From Octopus vulgaris (taxonomy: Eukaryota), in contig OX597816.1 of the NCBI GenBank assembly GCA_951406725.2, positions 153,574,001 through 153,638,000 on the forward strand: DNA of 64,000 nucleotides. Direction: 5' to 3'. This document shows, piece after piece, positions 1 to 11,695 of this stretch. The notes below the pieces were generated by a model. It saw nothing but the letters and a program-made list of their open reading frames with translations, made no database searches and was not told the origin of the DNA. Position 1 is the stretch's first letter; every line of letters starts with the position of its first letter. The translations under genes and the position numbers were made by a program.

Positions 1-670
1 CGTTGGAAAAAACAAAAACAGAACAGAGGCGGAGCAAAACAAATCGAACTAGGCTCCTAAGAGCCCATGGCCAAACTGTTTATCAGTGTATGTTGAGAAC
101 GGGTGGTGGGTGCGTTGAAGATTTTAACGGGTCAGGCAGCGGTCATTCCTGTGGGTGAGGGCACGGGGTGTGTAGATGTTCTTTGTGACCGAGAGTAAAG
201 TTCTGACTATTTAAAGAATATTGGATGTATTATATGGGGCGAGACAAAATTTACTTAGAGACATGTGTGTGTTTACTGTTCTATATATGTGTGCTGGCGC
301 AAGTTGGTAAGAAGCGCTATTTTCTGGTCACTGCTGAGAACTCCGTCAAGGGGTAGAAAACATTTTTTGTGTACGTGTGTGCGTTTGATCGCGTGGCTGT
401 CAGTTGTTAAACAGCTCTACACAATGGTCACTGCAGTAAAAACCGTCGGGCGGCAGAAAAATATTTTATGTTTTATGTGTGCGTGTGTTCGTCTAATCAT
501 GCCTTGTCAAAGAAACCCCCGTCGTCAAAAACAAAGCCCCATTCATCTCACAGGAGTAATTCCCCTTGCAGTGGTTAATCATATTTCTCTTAAAGGCTAT
601 TTCAGGATTTATTACCAAGGGCTATTTTCATATAAGTAGTGTAACCGGGTGCAGGTATTATTTATAAGCG

Positions 671-3203
671 TTATTTATAAACAAGATAAGTATAACGCCG
701 CCAATGGGGGCATCGAAAAGCCGACTGTAAAAGTCCGTTTACCATCCGGTCTCTGGCGAACAATATATGGAAGAGTTCGGAGACACAAAGGTTGCACTTC
801 CTTCTGCCCCTATCAAATGGGAGGGCCACCGACAAAATTGACCATTCCAGCCTGTAGCTTGAGTTCGTATTCTTCAATCGCCATATTAGCTTGCTGAGTC
901 TCGTGGTCTGGCGTTTATTCATGTCTCGAAAAGTTGCGTAATGGTTGGAGATTCGTAAAGCCAATCTTGACGATGAGGCCCCTACATAAGCGTAGACATC
1001 TGAGTCCGTGTAAACCTTGCATTGGTAGACGGCGTTTCTGATCTTGGAATTCGCCGACGTGAATCTTATTCTGCTAGGATTAGTTTCTGAAATTAGAACT
1101 GCGTTACTGTCACTATATTTGTTGCGAGAACTGCAGCCGCTTACTACTTTATTTTCCACTACGTCACTATTAACTAACGGAATAACCCCTGATTCTCCAC
1201 TATCTATCAGAGTGCTGTCATTGCTAGTGCCCGTGGTGCTGCTATTGCCGGAAACGATGCTGGGGTTGCTATTGGGACTCTCTACCCTAACGAGCCGAGC
1301 TGCGCTCACCTCACTACTGCCATTGTTAACGTCAACTACAACACCCCTATTTATAACTATACCCCTAGTATATAATCCCTGGTTGGAGCTGAGATTATGA
1401 GTCACTGTACTGGCTCTCATATCATTATTACTACTATTATTATTCCTACTGAGCATTAAACCGGGAGCGGAAGAAGCTGTGCCTCCGGAAAAAGGTGATA
1501 GGGTCTTAGTAAGCAGCCTATTATTATGGGAGGCGATTATCTGGGCGAGGTTTTTAGTGTTGGAGAAAGCTATCCTAACTTTATGCGAGTTAACCGTGGA
1601 GTAATATTTGGAATTTCTGGGGAAGTTATTGGCGATGGCTTGTCAAAACATGAGGGGGAGGTTAGTTCTAATCTGCTTACCAAAGGGAATTACAAACCAT
1701 ATATGCTTATTCCTATCTATGTGATGGGTCGGGACGCCAGCTCTCGCATTCGGGTGGGTGATTCTCGGATGAATAACGGGTTTTGGGTTAGTGTGAGATC
1801 CCCCGGACCGATAATTATCCTTGTTCGCTAAATTAAATGCGGGAGCGACTGCCCCAGCACCCGCCGCGCTCCCGTCACTACTTAAATTGTTTATGTTATT
1901 ATAGACGGCCCTATCCTGATGACCGAATGATGGCATCGGAAGGGCCGGATCAATATAAATTACCTTCTGCCTATAACCGGCCTTGGATAGTGCGGCGTTA
2001 TAAAATTCCGCTTTCTGCATAAAAATATCGGCACTGGCGGACAAGCCAGACAATCTTAGAGAGATGTTTTTAACCAAATTGTCTGTTACGGTTTTGGCAT
2101 GATTTGAGAAGACACTGACATACTTCAAATTAGTGGAAGGCTTATGGTAAGGGCAGTATGAGTCGCTATTAAGGTTAAGTGTAACGTCTAGGAAATTAGC
2201 CTTGGTGAGTTCATTATCAAAAACTATATTCATGCCCATTCTATTAAAAAACCTAGCTAACCTGCTCTTAGTTTTCTGCACTATTCTGTTCGTGGTGTTT
2301 TGCAGGTAAAACAGACAATCGTCACGATACAGGCCGCCCGCGATCTCCGGGAATTGGTCGGACAATTCGTAGAGAATATATATTCCGACCAAATCGGCTA
2401 TCTGCGCACTATCCGAACTCCCCATAGGCACATCAAATTCATTGGGAGTATCTTTACGGATCCACAACTTATTATCAAACTTAATAAACGATTTCCTGGC
2501 AACTAAAATGATATCTATTTCTTCTCTGGTGAGGCCAGCCTTGTCGTGAGCATGCCAAAGGGCCTTATTTAGTACACTAGGGTTAATCGAGGGGTAGAAG
2601 CTAGCGATATCAAACTGAATGAACCTAGTACGGTTCTTATTGGGGATGGAAGAGAACCACTTCACTACCTGCGAGGAGTTGGCCTAGAGGCTGAGCTTCA
2701 GCTTGTTTACTAAACTAGGGATATATTTATCTAAAATGTACTTACTGATTATCCCGATATCAGAGCTAGCAGGGCATATGAGTCTTAGCGCTGGGTTGGT
2801 GTGGAAGTTCGGTTTATGGTCCTTCACTATAAATCTGGGTTGCTTAGGGCTAAGTGGCTGCGTTCTCATTTGAATTCCGTGTTTAAACATTATTTCCTTA
2901 ATTTCCAAGTTTACCTTCCTCAGGGTACTCCAATTGGTTTTTCTATAATTTTTCTTGATCTCTTTACCGAGTAAATCTAGGTACTGCTTAATGGGTAGCT
3001 TGCATGTGTTCCTGGTCTTGTCGGACTGGACCAGGACTCCGTCCGTTCTATTAATGTCCTTGGTAATTTTATCTAGATATCTGAGGTGGGCATTTCTCCT
3101 GGGTGACTTCCTGAACTTAATCTTTCTAACTATGTCCCACAAGTCGTCCTCAAACTTCTTCAGTCTTAAGACTGAAGAAGTTTGACGACTTGTGGGACAG
3201 TAG
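671..3203 (-). pseudogene. PLE polyprotein (reverse transcriptase + GIY-YIG endonuclease) with two in-frame stops
   Basis: ORFs 2684..3229, 1643..2665 and 671..1456 are one frame broken only by TAG (2684-2686) and TGA (1643-1645). Motifs: KDHK..LRLICP, FDIASFYPSI, PMGS, LYRDDCL, NFLDVTL; endonuclease AVY..YVG..R..NH; C-terminal CNLC..RCPH. Confidence 0.9.
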
Positions 3204-3453
3204 ATTTTGTCTCGCCCCATATAATACATCCAATATTCTTTAAATAGTCAGAACTTTACTCTCGGTCACAAAGAACATCTACACACCCCGTGCCCTCACC
3301 CACAGGAATGACCGCTGCCTGACCCGTTAAAATCCTCAACGCACCCACCACCCATTCTCAACATACACTGATAAACAGTTTGGCCATGGGCTCTTAGGAG
3401 CCTAGTTCGATTTGTTTTGCTCCGCCTCTGTTCTGTTTTTGTTTTTTCCAACG
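3199..3453. repeat. Inverted copy of window 1..255 (PLE pseudo-LTR inversion)
   Basis: Base-by-base reverse-complement match with about 3 mismatches, implying a young insertion. Confidence 0.95.
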
Positions 3454-3460
3454 GATTTCC

Positions 3461-3553
3461 TATTTCTTCCTGAAGAGAAAGACACAATATGGTCTCATTA
3501 TTCAATCGGATTTTGGTAAATTGTGCCTTTCGAAACACGTGTAGAATGAAATA
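3461..3553 (+). ncRNA. Type I hammerhead ribozyme (PLE-associated, short palindromic stem III)
   Basis: tatttcttc-CTGAAGA-gaaagacacaat[31 nt loop]attgtgcctttc-GAAA-cacgtg-TA-gaatgaaata. Stem I is 9 bp with one bulge, stem II pairs 11 of 12, stem III is the palindrome ACACGTGT. Predicted GUA cleavage after 3543. Confidence 0.85.
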
Positions 3554-3758
3554 AAACGATTTCTGTTCAATCTTCGTTCAGCTCCATTTCTTCAATTCAC
3601 TAATAATATTAAAATTCAATTATCCGCACCAACGCACGGTTGCAACACCATATGGTTGTACCTCCAACCGTGCTGTCTTCTGCTGTGATTTTTGCTACCA
3701 AGGTATCGGTTAAACTTTTGATTAATCTGCTACAAGATTATTCATCTTTCTATTTCAC

Positions 3759-3819
<61 letters not shown>

Positions 3820-4429
3820 GTAGGTAGGTAGGTAATATGTAGGCAGGTAAGTAAGCAGGCAGGTATATAATATCCATGTGTATGAATAGGTTTGTAGCCA
3901 TTTACTAATAGACAACATTATAATATTTCCTTAACGTTTATGTAACAGAATTTTATAGAGTATGTTTTATCCTTCCTTATATACTATAAGAAATTCCTCA
4001 CAAAAATAGAGGATTAATCATGGAAGCCATACTTATATCGCAAAACAACGCCAAAATAAACGCGCAAACAGCACGCACATCAAAAATTAACACCTGGTTA
4101 CTGTCATGAAAAATTTGACCACAACAAACAAATCAACATGTGGCTGCTGACACATAAGGCTAACGATAGAAAAAAACCTTCTGGCACGAAAGTCTAAATA
4201 AATTCAGCCGCTAAAGAGCAATAAAGGCGCCAAGTATATTCAATTCTTGAAAATGAGTGTGTGAAATCTGGGAATGTCGAATATGAATTTAGGAACCCCA
4301 TTGGTGTAAATTAACTACGAAAATAGAACAACTAAAAATATAGCAAAAATCTAAATTAAAATATAGTTAAAATTTGAACACAGTTTAATATAACACGTAT
4401 AAAAGAAAAGCGGATCCCCATACATTTGA

Positions 4430-4492
<63 letters not shown>

Positions 4493-4591
4493 CACACACG
4501 ATGCACACACACACACACACATATTCACACAAGCATATTTATTTGTGTCTCTCTGTGTGTATCTGCGATGCTTGTCTATTCTCTTTTTTTC

Positions 4592-4955
4592 TCTTTTACT
4601 TGTTTCAGTCATATTGACTGCGGCCATGCTGGAGCACCGCCTTCAGTCGAGCAAATCGACCGCGGGACTTATTCTTTGTAAGCCCAGTGCTTATTCTATC
4701 GGTCTCTTTTGCCGAACCGCTAAGTGACGGGGACGTAAACACACCAGCATCGGTTGTCAAGCAATGCTAGGGGGACAAACACAGACACACAAACACACAC
4801 ACATATACATATATATATACATATATACGACAGGCTTCTTTCAGTTTCCGTCTACCAAATCCACTCACAAGGCATTGGTCGGCCCGGGGCTATAGCAGAA
4901 GACACTTGCCCAAGATGCCACGCAGTGGGACTGAACCCGGAACCATGTGGTTGGT
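4592..4955 (-). mobile_element. SINE family B (tRNA-head, CA-rich middle)
   Basis: Shares cttgtttcagtcat..gccgaaccgctaag..gggcttctttcagtttccgtctacc..gaagacacttgccc..ctgaacccggaaccatgtgg with copies at 16232, 40968 and 42690. Confidence 0.8.
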
Positions 4956-5135
4956 CTATGATTGCATTTGTGCATCAAAGTCATGCTCTTCATTCCACTG
5001 TATTTCCTGTGGTCATTAGTTTACAACCACTTTTCTCTTTTTGTCTATTCCCTAACTCTCTAATTCTTCCCTTTTTTTTCTTCCTCTTTCCTTCATACCT
5101 ACCATCCTCTATATTACTTTGTGTTTCTTTCTCAG

Positions 5136-5305
5136 ACAGTGAACGGAACATATCAAATTAAGAAGATAATGGATACGTGGACGCGCCAGATGGGATATCC
5201 CGTGGTTAACATCAAAGCTGACGGCAAAGACCATTATATCATCGAACAGAAACGTTTCCTTTTGCAACCCGGTGATAAATTCAACGTTTCCGAATCACCC
5301 TACAA
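5136..5305 (+). CDS. M1 aminopeptidase (aminopeptidase N-like), visible exon 1 of 12
   Basis: ctcag/..aa/gtaag; TVNGTYQIKKIMDTWTRQMGYPVVNI..QKRFL. The MDTWTxQxGYPVV motif is typical of M1 peptidases just after the catalytic domain. Confidence 0.92.
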
Positions 5306-5368
5306 GTAAGCAATTCTTATTCGAGTATATTTATAAATCTCAGAGTATAAAGCGGGGGTTATATATAC

Positions 5369-5399
<31 letters not shown>

Positions 5400-5477
5400 A
5401 CAGCTGAACAAACACACACAAATATATATATATACAATCATAATGCCTTTAGGTTTTCATTACCGAATGGGTACATT

Positions 5478-5645
5478 ATTAGCGGCATTTCTTCCGACTT
5501 TATGTTCTGAGTTCAAATGCTGCCGAGGTTGAGTTTGCCTCATTCTTTTGGGGTCGATAAAATAAGTACCAGTTGAGCACTGTGGTTGATACAATCAACT
5601 AAACCGCTCTCTTAAAATCGCTGGCCTTGTTCCAAAATGTAAAAC
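5478..5645 (+). mobile_element. SINE family A (gttctgagttcaaat..ggggtcgataaaataagtaccag core)
   Basis: The same core recurs at 8050, 8392, 8620, 37953, 41514, 49053 and 59462. Confidence 0.75.
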
Positions 5646-5867
5646 CATCATCGAATGTGTACTTGCTTTCTTTTAGATAGTGGGTAATTGGAGGAAAATT
5701 TGGCGGTTGTATGAAAACGAAGAGATTCTTTTTTATAACACTTCTAACCAGAAATCCTACTAAATATTACATATTAGTGCTATTGGTAGTCAGTGAGGTA
5801 AAATAGGAGGTCGTGATATTCTAACATGTGCTCTAACTAGCTTCTAATTCTTTCTCTTTGATTCCAG

Positions 5868-5950
5868 GTACATGTGGCATATACCGTTCGTTTACAGCTT
5901 TATGTCCAAACCATCTGAAACTGAACTCCACTGGTTAAGTAACTCCTCGG
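5868..5950 (+). CDS. M1 aminopeptidase exon 2
   Basis: ttccag/..g/gtaag; phase matches exon 1; (K)YMWHIPFVYSFMSKPSETELHWLSNSS, with the conserved WxIP motif. Confidence 0.9.
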
Positions 5951-7311
5951 GTAAGTGCTTTACATAGCGTGACACTGTTTTATGTATTGGCACAAACTCC
6001 CATTGTTTATTCCTTTTTTTTTACGAACTACATAAACTCTCTAGTTGACTGTGTTTATAACACCTTATTGTCTTAAAATAGGAAACTCACATTGGATAAA
6101 GTAATCCTAAATTCCATAATGTCATTAGAAAAAAAATACTTCAACAACAACGAACCAACTCTAAAATGAAGATCACTCTTTAAGACTCATAGTTTTTACT
6201 AACAGACTACATAAAACTGTAAAAGGGTTTTAATTCTGCTCTTCTCTCTCTCCTTTTCTTTGTGAGCGGGGAAATAATGATGTTATATGATATCTGAAAT
6301 TGATGTCTTAAAGCGAGACAGATGAGCTGGCTTGAAATAATCTTGATTCAGTGAGGGAGTTTAAATGTCTCAGTTCCTAGAGCTATTTATGTAATCTCTT
6401 GATGCTCTTCAGATATGAAATTATTCTTTTCATTATTTATCAAACGTAGCTCTAAAGTTTCCCATACGAGTACTAACTTGTTAACCATAATTAATGATCT
6501 GAAAGCCTTATGTTTTAAGTATAATATGCAGATCACTAATTTGAACTAATACTGTTTCTGTCGGTAATAACGATTTTCTTTAATTTCTGCCATCCGGTTA
6601 AATAGACATGTGGCATTTCAATTAGCGTTCAACTATATCTTGGGAGCAGTCGATGTTTTGCTTGGTATGCGGTGCATGTAGATACTTTCTGCTGATGAAG
6701 CTCAAAAAAGCAGATATCCAGATTTAGCTATATCATTGTTGCTGCTGGGCGATTTTCGCCCGTTGCTGATATATTTGGTTTTTATATATATATATTTATT
6801 TTTAGCGTTATACATCTATAAGAGATGCTTTCTCAAGACAAATACTGCAGTTTAGAAAGCGTTCAATATGATGAGTTTTAAGTAAGATATACAGGTTACT
6901 AATTTGAATATATACACTTCCGTCGCTAATAACGAATTGCTAAATATAATTTCACAATAGTATTATGCAGGCTAAGTAGAAACTTATTATTCATTGTCCG
7001 CTGCTTATCAAAGTTATTCCCTTTGTGTATCCTGGAGATCTTTAATTCTAGTTCCTATGATAGTAAAAGGATGATAGAAAAATGTTTCTTCGGATACGAC
7101 GTTAATCTATCCCAAGTAACTTTCTTGAATGTATCAACTATTATAAAAATCTAGCTAAAGGGAAGCCAAGAAAGATTGTCTCTTGTCTAGAAATAATCAG
7201 GCTTCACATGTAACGGATTTGAACTCACAGACTGTGAACCTACAGTGTAATAGTTTCGTTTTGCTTCGCTTTAATTTCATGTTGCTTATTCTTTTTGTTT
7301 TCTGATTACAG

Positions 7312-7436
7312 ATAGAATTAAAGCTACTGGAAGTGGCTGGATCTTGGGAAATGTTGATCACATTGGTTTTTATCGAGTCAATTATGAAGTGAGTATGTGG
7401 AAACAACTAACCGAACAGCTTCATAAAGACCACACG
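7312..7436 (+). CDS. M1 aminopeptidase exon 3
   Basis: ttacag/../gtaag; (D)RIKATGSGWILGNVDHIGFYRVNYEVSMWKQLTEQLHKDHT, with the hallmark GFYRVNY at the start of the ERAP1-like C-terminal domain. Confidence 0.95.
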
Positions 7437-8049
7437 GTAAGTATCACTTCATAAAGCATTGCTTTCCCAAGTAAAGGAGAGGGAGCACTTTTACTCCCAC
7501 CAAACCATAAGAATTGTCAAATAAGGGATGGGATTTCTTCTTCTATGTGTGTACGCGCGCGCGCGTGTTACACCCCGAATATTTTTATTGATCCGTTTTG
7601 AAACTCAAACAGGGTGGTATAATTAGCTGCCAAATAAATCACAATTGCTTACAACTACACATATCAGTACCAATAATACCCGGCAATATGACAATATGTT
7701 TTTGCTCTCAAATGTTTAATATCTTCTTTATTTTTTTAATTGTTACTCATTTATTTATTTATTTATTTGGTTAGGGATATGCTTAGTCTGATACAATTCT
7801 GAACTGCAACACTTGACTGATACATTGTCGGCAGCCTTAAAATCGCTATTTATTGCTAGCAAACTCACGGTGTTGACCGATCTCATATTTGAATTTTTAT
7901 CCACAAACTCAACTAATATATAGTTACATTTTAATTAAAATTTATAATATGTAGCTATACATGTGTCAGTACAAATACTAAGTAATTACAATCCAAAATG
8001 AATTTATGGTATATTTTAGTTTAGTTTCTTGTCGGAAAAAATCCTCAGC

Positions 8050-8190
8050 ATGTACTGAGTTCGAATCCCACCAAAGTCAATTTTGCCTTTTATCCTTTAT
8101 CGATAAAATAAAGTACTGGTCAAGTATTGTGGAGTTTATGTAATCGACTAAACCCTCCCCAGATAATTGCTGACCTTGTGCCAAAATTTG
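8050..8190 (+). mobile_element. SINE family A, partial
   Basis: ctgagttcgaatccc..ttttgccttttatcc..cgataaaataaagtac..ccttgtgccaaaatttgaa. Confidence 0.65.
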
Positions 8191-8391
8191 AAGCAATATT
8201 ATTCATTAAACTAATGAGTTTAAATCCCGCTAAGGTCAACTTTGCTTTTCATTTTTCTTCAACGCGTCACTCATATTGTGTCAAGTCACCTTAGGCACCA
8301 GACTAACCACCATGGTCATCCTTTTCTCTTAGTACCCTCAACCATCATAAATATAACCATTCTCGTCGATTTGCAACACTAAGCAGAATAT

Positions 8392-8824
8392 TGGTTTCAA
8401 ATTTTAGCACAAGGTCAGCAAGTTCGGGGTGCGAGTAAGTCGATTACATCGACCTCCAATCCTCGACTGGGACATATTTTACCGACCCAGATAGGATGAA
8501 AGGCAAAGGTGACTTCGGCAGCATTTGAAATCAGAACGTAAATATGAACGAAGTGCCGCTAAGCATTTTGTCCGGCGTGCTAACGATACTGCCAGCTTAC
8601 TGCCTTACTTTCAGCAAAGTATTGGCTTCAAATTTTGGCACAAAGCCAACAGTTTCAAGGGATAAGGTAAGTTGATTACATCGAACCCATTTCTCAACTG
8701 GTACTTATTTTATCGACCCTGAAACGATGAAAAGCAAAGTTGGCCTCGGTAGAATTTGAAATCAAATATAATGACGGACGAAATGCCGCTAAGCATATTG
8801 CCCGGCGTGCTAACGATTCTGCCA
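8392..8824 (-). mobile_element. Two tandem SINE family A copies
   Basis: Units ~8392..8600 and ~8620..8824, each ending ccggcgtgctaacgat(a/t)ctgcca; reverse complement of the family A consensus. Confidence 0.8.
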
Positions 8825-9374
8825 CCTTACTATAAGCAGAATATTAACATCAGTTTCACCTGCCTAGGACAGCCTTCCAAATTCATGGACACTGACCTTA
8901 CTTCCAAGTAAAAATGTGAAATTTGTTATACATAACGCTAAAGTATATCATACAATAAATCCCGAACAATGTTAAATTATTATAACTAGTATTATAGACA
9001 CAAACATCGGTGTGATTAAGAAGTTCGCTTCGCTAACAAGGGATTATTTAATCGATTCCACTACGAAATAGTACTTGAACATATATATGTCCCTTTACTT
9101 GGGTGGGACAATGTCTTGTGATTATAATTTGGCGGGAAAATCGTGCGAAACTAGTCATATATATATAGTCATCATTAGATAAGAAATATAGTCAGTCCTA
9201 CTGACCATAAAGTATATAGATATACTGCCTTGAGCCAAAAAGGCTAACTAATGGTTCAGATATTCATAGTGTTAAGGAACAACTTATTTCTAAGATGCTG
9301 GCTTCTTATAACCAATTCGTTGCTTTGATTAATAATATTCGATTTAATTCTACTTATATGGAACGTCTAAAATA

Positions 9375-10251
9375 TGAGGGGGTACCCAAAAGTAACCGGA
9401 AACGTTCTCTGTGGGACAAATCCGTTGTAGTTCAGGCTTCTGTCGTTAGAAGCCACTTGATACGACCCCCAGTCATCAGTCTGTCAACCAGTGACGTGGG
9501 GAGAATTCGTACTGCCAGGTGGCGTGTCTGTTTTGCAGTGCTTCTCCTCTGTTCGTGGATTTTTGCGATGACTGAACAAAACAGCGTACTTACGTGAAAT
9601 TCTGTTTTCAGCTGGGAAAAATGGCGGCCGGAGCAGTTGTCATGCTTCAAACAGCTTACAAGGCCGCTATCATAAGCAAAACAAGTTTACGAGTGGTTTT
9701 CACGCTTTAGAAATGGTCACTTGTCACTTGAGAACCAACCTCCTTCGGGGTAACCGTCGACCTCCCGAACGAATGAAAGCATCATGAAAATTCATGAAAT
9801 GATCTTGGAGGACCGTCACTAAACAATTGAAGAATTTGTTGATATGATTTTTGTGTCCAGGAGCTCCTGTCAACGAATTTTGAGCGAGGAATTCCGAATG
9901 AAAAGAGCTGCATCAAAATATATGCCTCGCTTGCTTGCGGAAGATCAAAACAGTCATGACTGAATGCATGTCGTGAACTGAAAGAACAGTTGGAAGTTGA
10001 TCCGGACCTTTTTTCGAAGGTCATCACTAGTGATGGAAGCTGGTGCTACGGAATTTGCAGATGTGGAAGAGGTGAAGAAAAAAACGACACCGGTGTTAAA
10101 AGGCATCACTTCGCAAGAGTTCCAGGTCAGCTTCGAACAGTGGAAAACGCGTCTGGACAGATGCACTGTTTCGAATTGAAAATAGTTTGAAGTCAATAAA
10201 ATTGTAAACATGTAAAATTAAGTGAATAAGTTTCTTTTGGATACCCCCTCG
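9375..10251 (+). mobile_element. Mariner-type DNA transposon, internally deleted and decayed
   Basis: TIRs gagggggtacccaaaag / cttttggataccccctc. Transposase relics KFCFQLGK, YEWFSRFRNG, VITSDGSWCYG, then a jump to the C-terminal FADVEEVKKK..FEQWKTRLDRC. Confidence 0.85.
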
Positions 10252-10698
10252 AAGTATTTAATTTTTGAAATTTACCACCCCTTGAATTTAATCCTATCAT
10301 CGCTGTCGTTGATAGTTCTATCATTTGCATTAGTTTTGTTTATTGCTAGTATTTGTTGTTACCATTTCCTACATTACTGTTTTCTCATATCATTAGTATT
10401 ACCCTCGGTAGGCGTCCCGTATATGGTTCCACATGGCTAGTAGTCTTAGGAATATCAGTTGTTCGGAAGGTAACCTATGTTTTTTTTATTACCGGCCCTA
10501 GCTAGATCCTCGTTATATTAGCAGGCGTTTTGGGTGACGATGTCTATCAGCTGAAAGAATATATACAACATAGGGCCGAGATTTACATTCATGGTACTTA
10601 TTAATGTTTCATAAATGCCACTCGTTCCTTGAGAACAGACTAAAAAAATAATATACACTTTTGTATGGAGTTCTCTTTCTGTTGTTGGTTCCACCAAA

Positions 10699-10731
<33 letters not shown>

Positions 10732-10790
10732 TTCGTTTGGGGATTTGGTTTGCAAGATTCTTTATATGAGTTCGTGTGTTGAAACATATT

Positions 10791-11083
10791 CTGTTGTGTC
10801 TGGGGAGAGTTATTTTCTTTTTGTGCCTTATAATGTAACACACTCACCGGTAAAATTTCCACTTATTCCTTATTTTTATTTTCCTAAAATTTTCGTTGCG
10901 TTTTGCAACCTTTTCAATAGACTATTGAAAAGGTTGCAAGACGCAACGAAAATAGACTATTGAAAAGGTTGCAAGACGCAACGAAAATTTTAAAATAAAA
11001 TTAAGGAATAAGTAGAAATTTTACCGGTGTGTGTGTTACATTATAAGGCACAAAAAGATAATGACTCTCCCCAGACACAACAG
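10791..11083. repeat. Near-perfect fold-back palindrome with a 35-bp tandem duplication at its centre
   Basis: Arms ctgttgtgtctggggagagt.. / ..actctccccagacacaacag; axis caatag-a-ctattg at 10921; 10916..10950 repeated at 10951..10985. Confidence 0.9.
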
Positions 11084-11393
11084 TATATATAAATATATTA
11101 CTAGATATTATTGCTGCTGTATCATCATCGTTTTAACGTCCACGTTTCCTTGCTTGCATGGGTCGGATGAGGCAGATTTTCTATGGCCGGATGTTCTTCC
11201 TGCTTCCAACCCACACCTACTTCCAAGCAAGTTAACGTTTCTCCTAATCCTTCGAACGTGAATTGCACAATGAGTGGATATAGTTTCTGGGAAAATTACA
11301 AACGATTGACACCATTTCTATGACAGTGATGCTAGTTTACAATTAGCGCACGGTATCAAGACAAGGAGACGCGTACGAGTGCGGGAGGGCGCG

Positions 11394-11442
<49 letters not shown>

Positions 11443-11695
11443 GCATACACACACAATACATGCATACGCACAAAATCATACAGACACAAGACGGTTTCTG
11501 ACCAATTTCTGTCTATTAACTTCCATTAGCGTGATATTGGTCAACTCAATGCTACAGTATAAGATACTTGTTCAAGGTGCAGCGCATTAAGATGGATCTG
11601 GTACAACGTGGTTGCGAAGCTAATTTTTTATCCTCACAGTTATGGTTAAAGTTGTTTTTGTTTCTAAATTTAATTGACTAAATTTAATAAATTTT

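Larger units (their letters stand above)
1..3762 (-). mobile_element. Penelope-like retroelement (PLE), C-terminal GIY-YIG type, 5'-truncated with inverted pseudo-LTR; continues left of the window
   Basis: Minus-strand RT + GIY-YIG reading frame (671..3203). 1..255 is the reverse complement of 3199..3453. Hammerhead motif at 3461..3553. The right end abuts a (TA)n tract at ~3763. Confidence 0.9.

Noticed and set aside
1643-1645. In-frame TGA in the PLE ORF as possible selenocysteine (known in some PLEs)
   Set aside because: The position (LMF*QAI) is not a Cys-type site, the other interruption is TAG at a probable Trp, and no SECIS was recognised. Simple nonsense mutations are more likely.
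1916-1945. CTGATGA-ccga..tcgg hammerhead-like start
   Set aside because: Followed by AAGG rather than GAAA, and lies antisense within the RT coding region.
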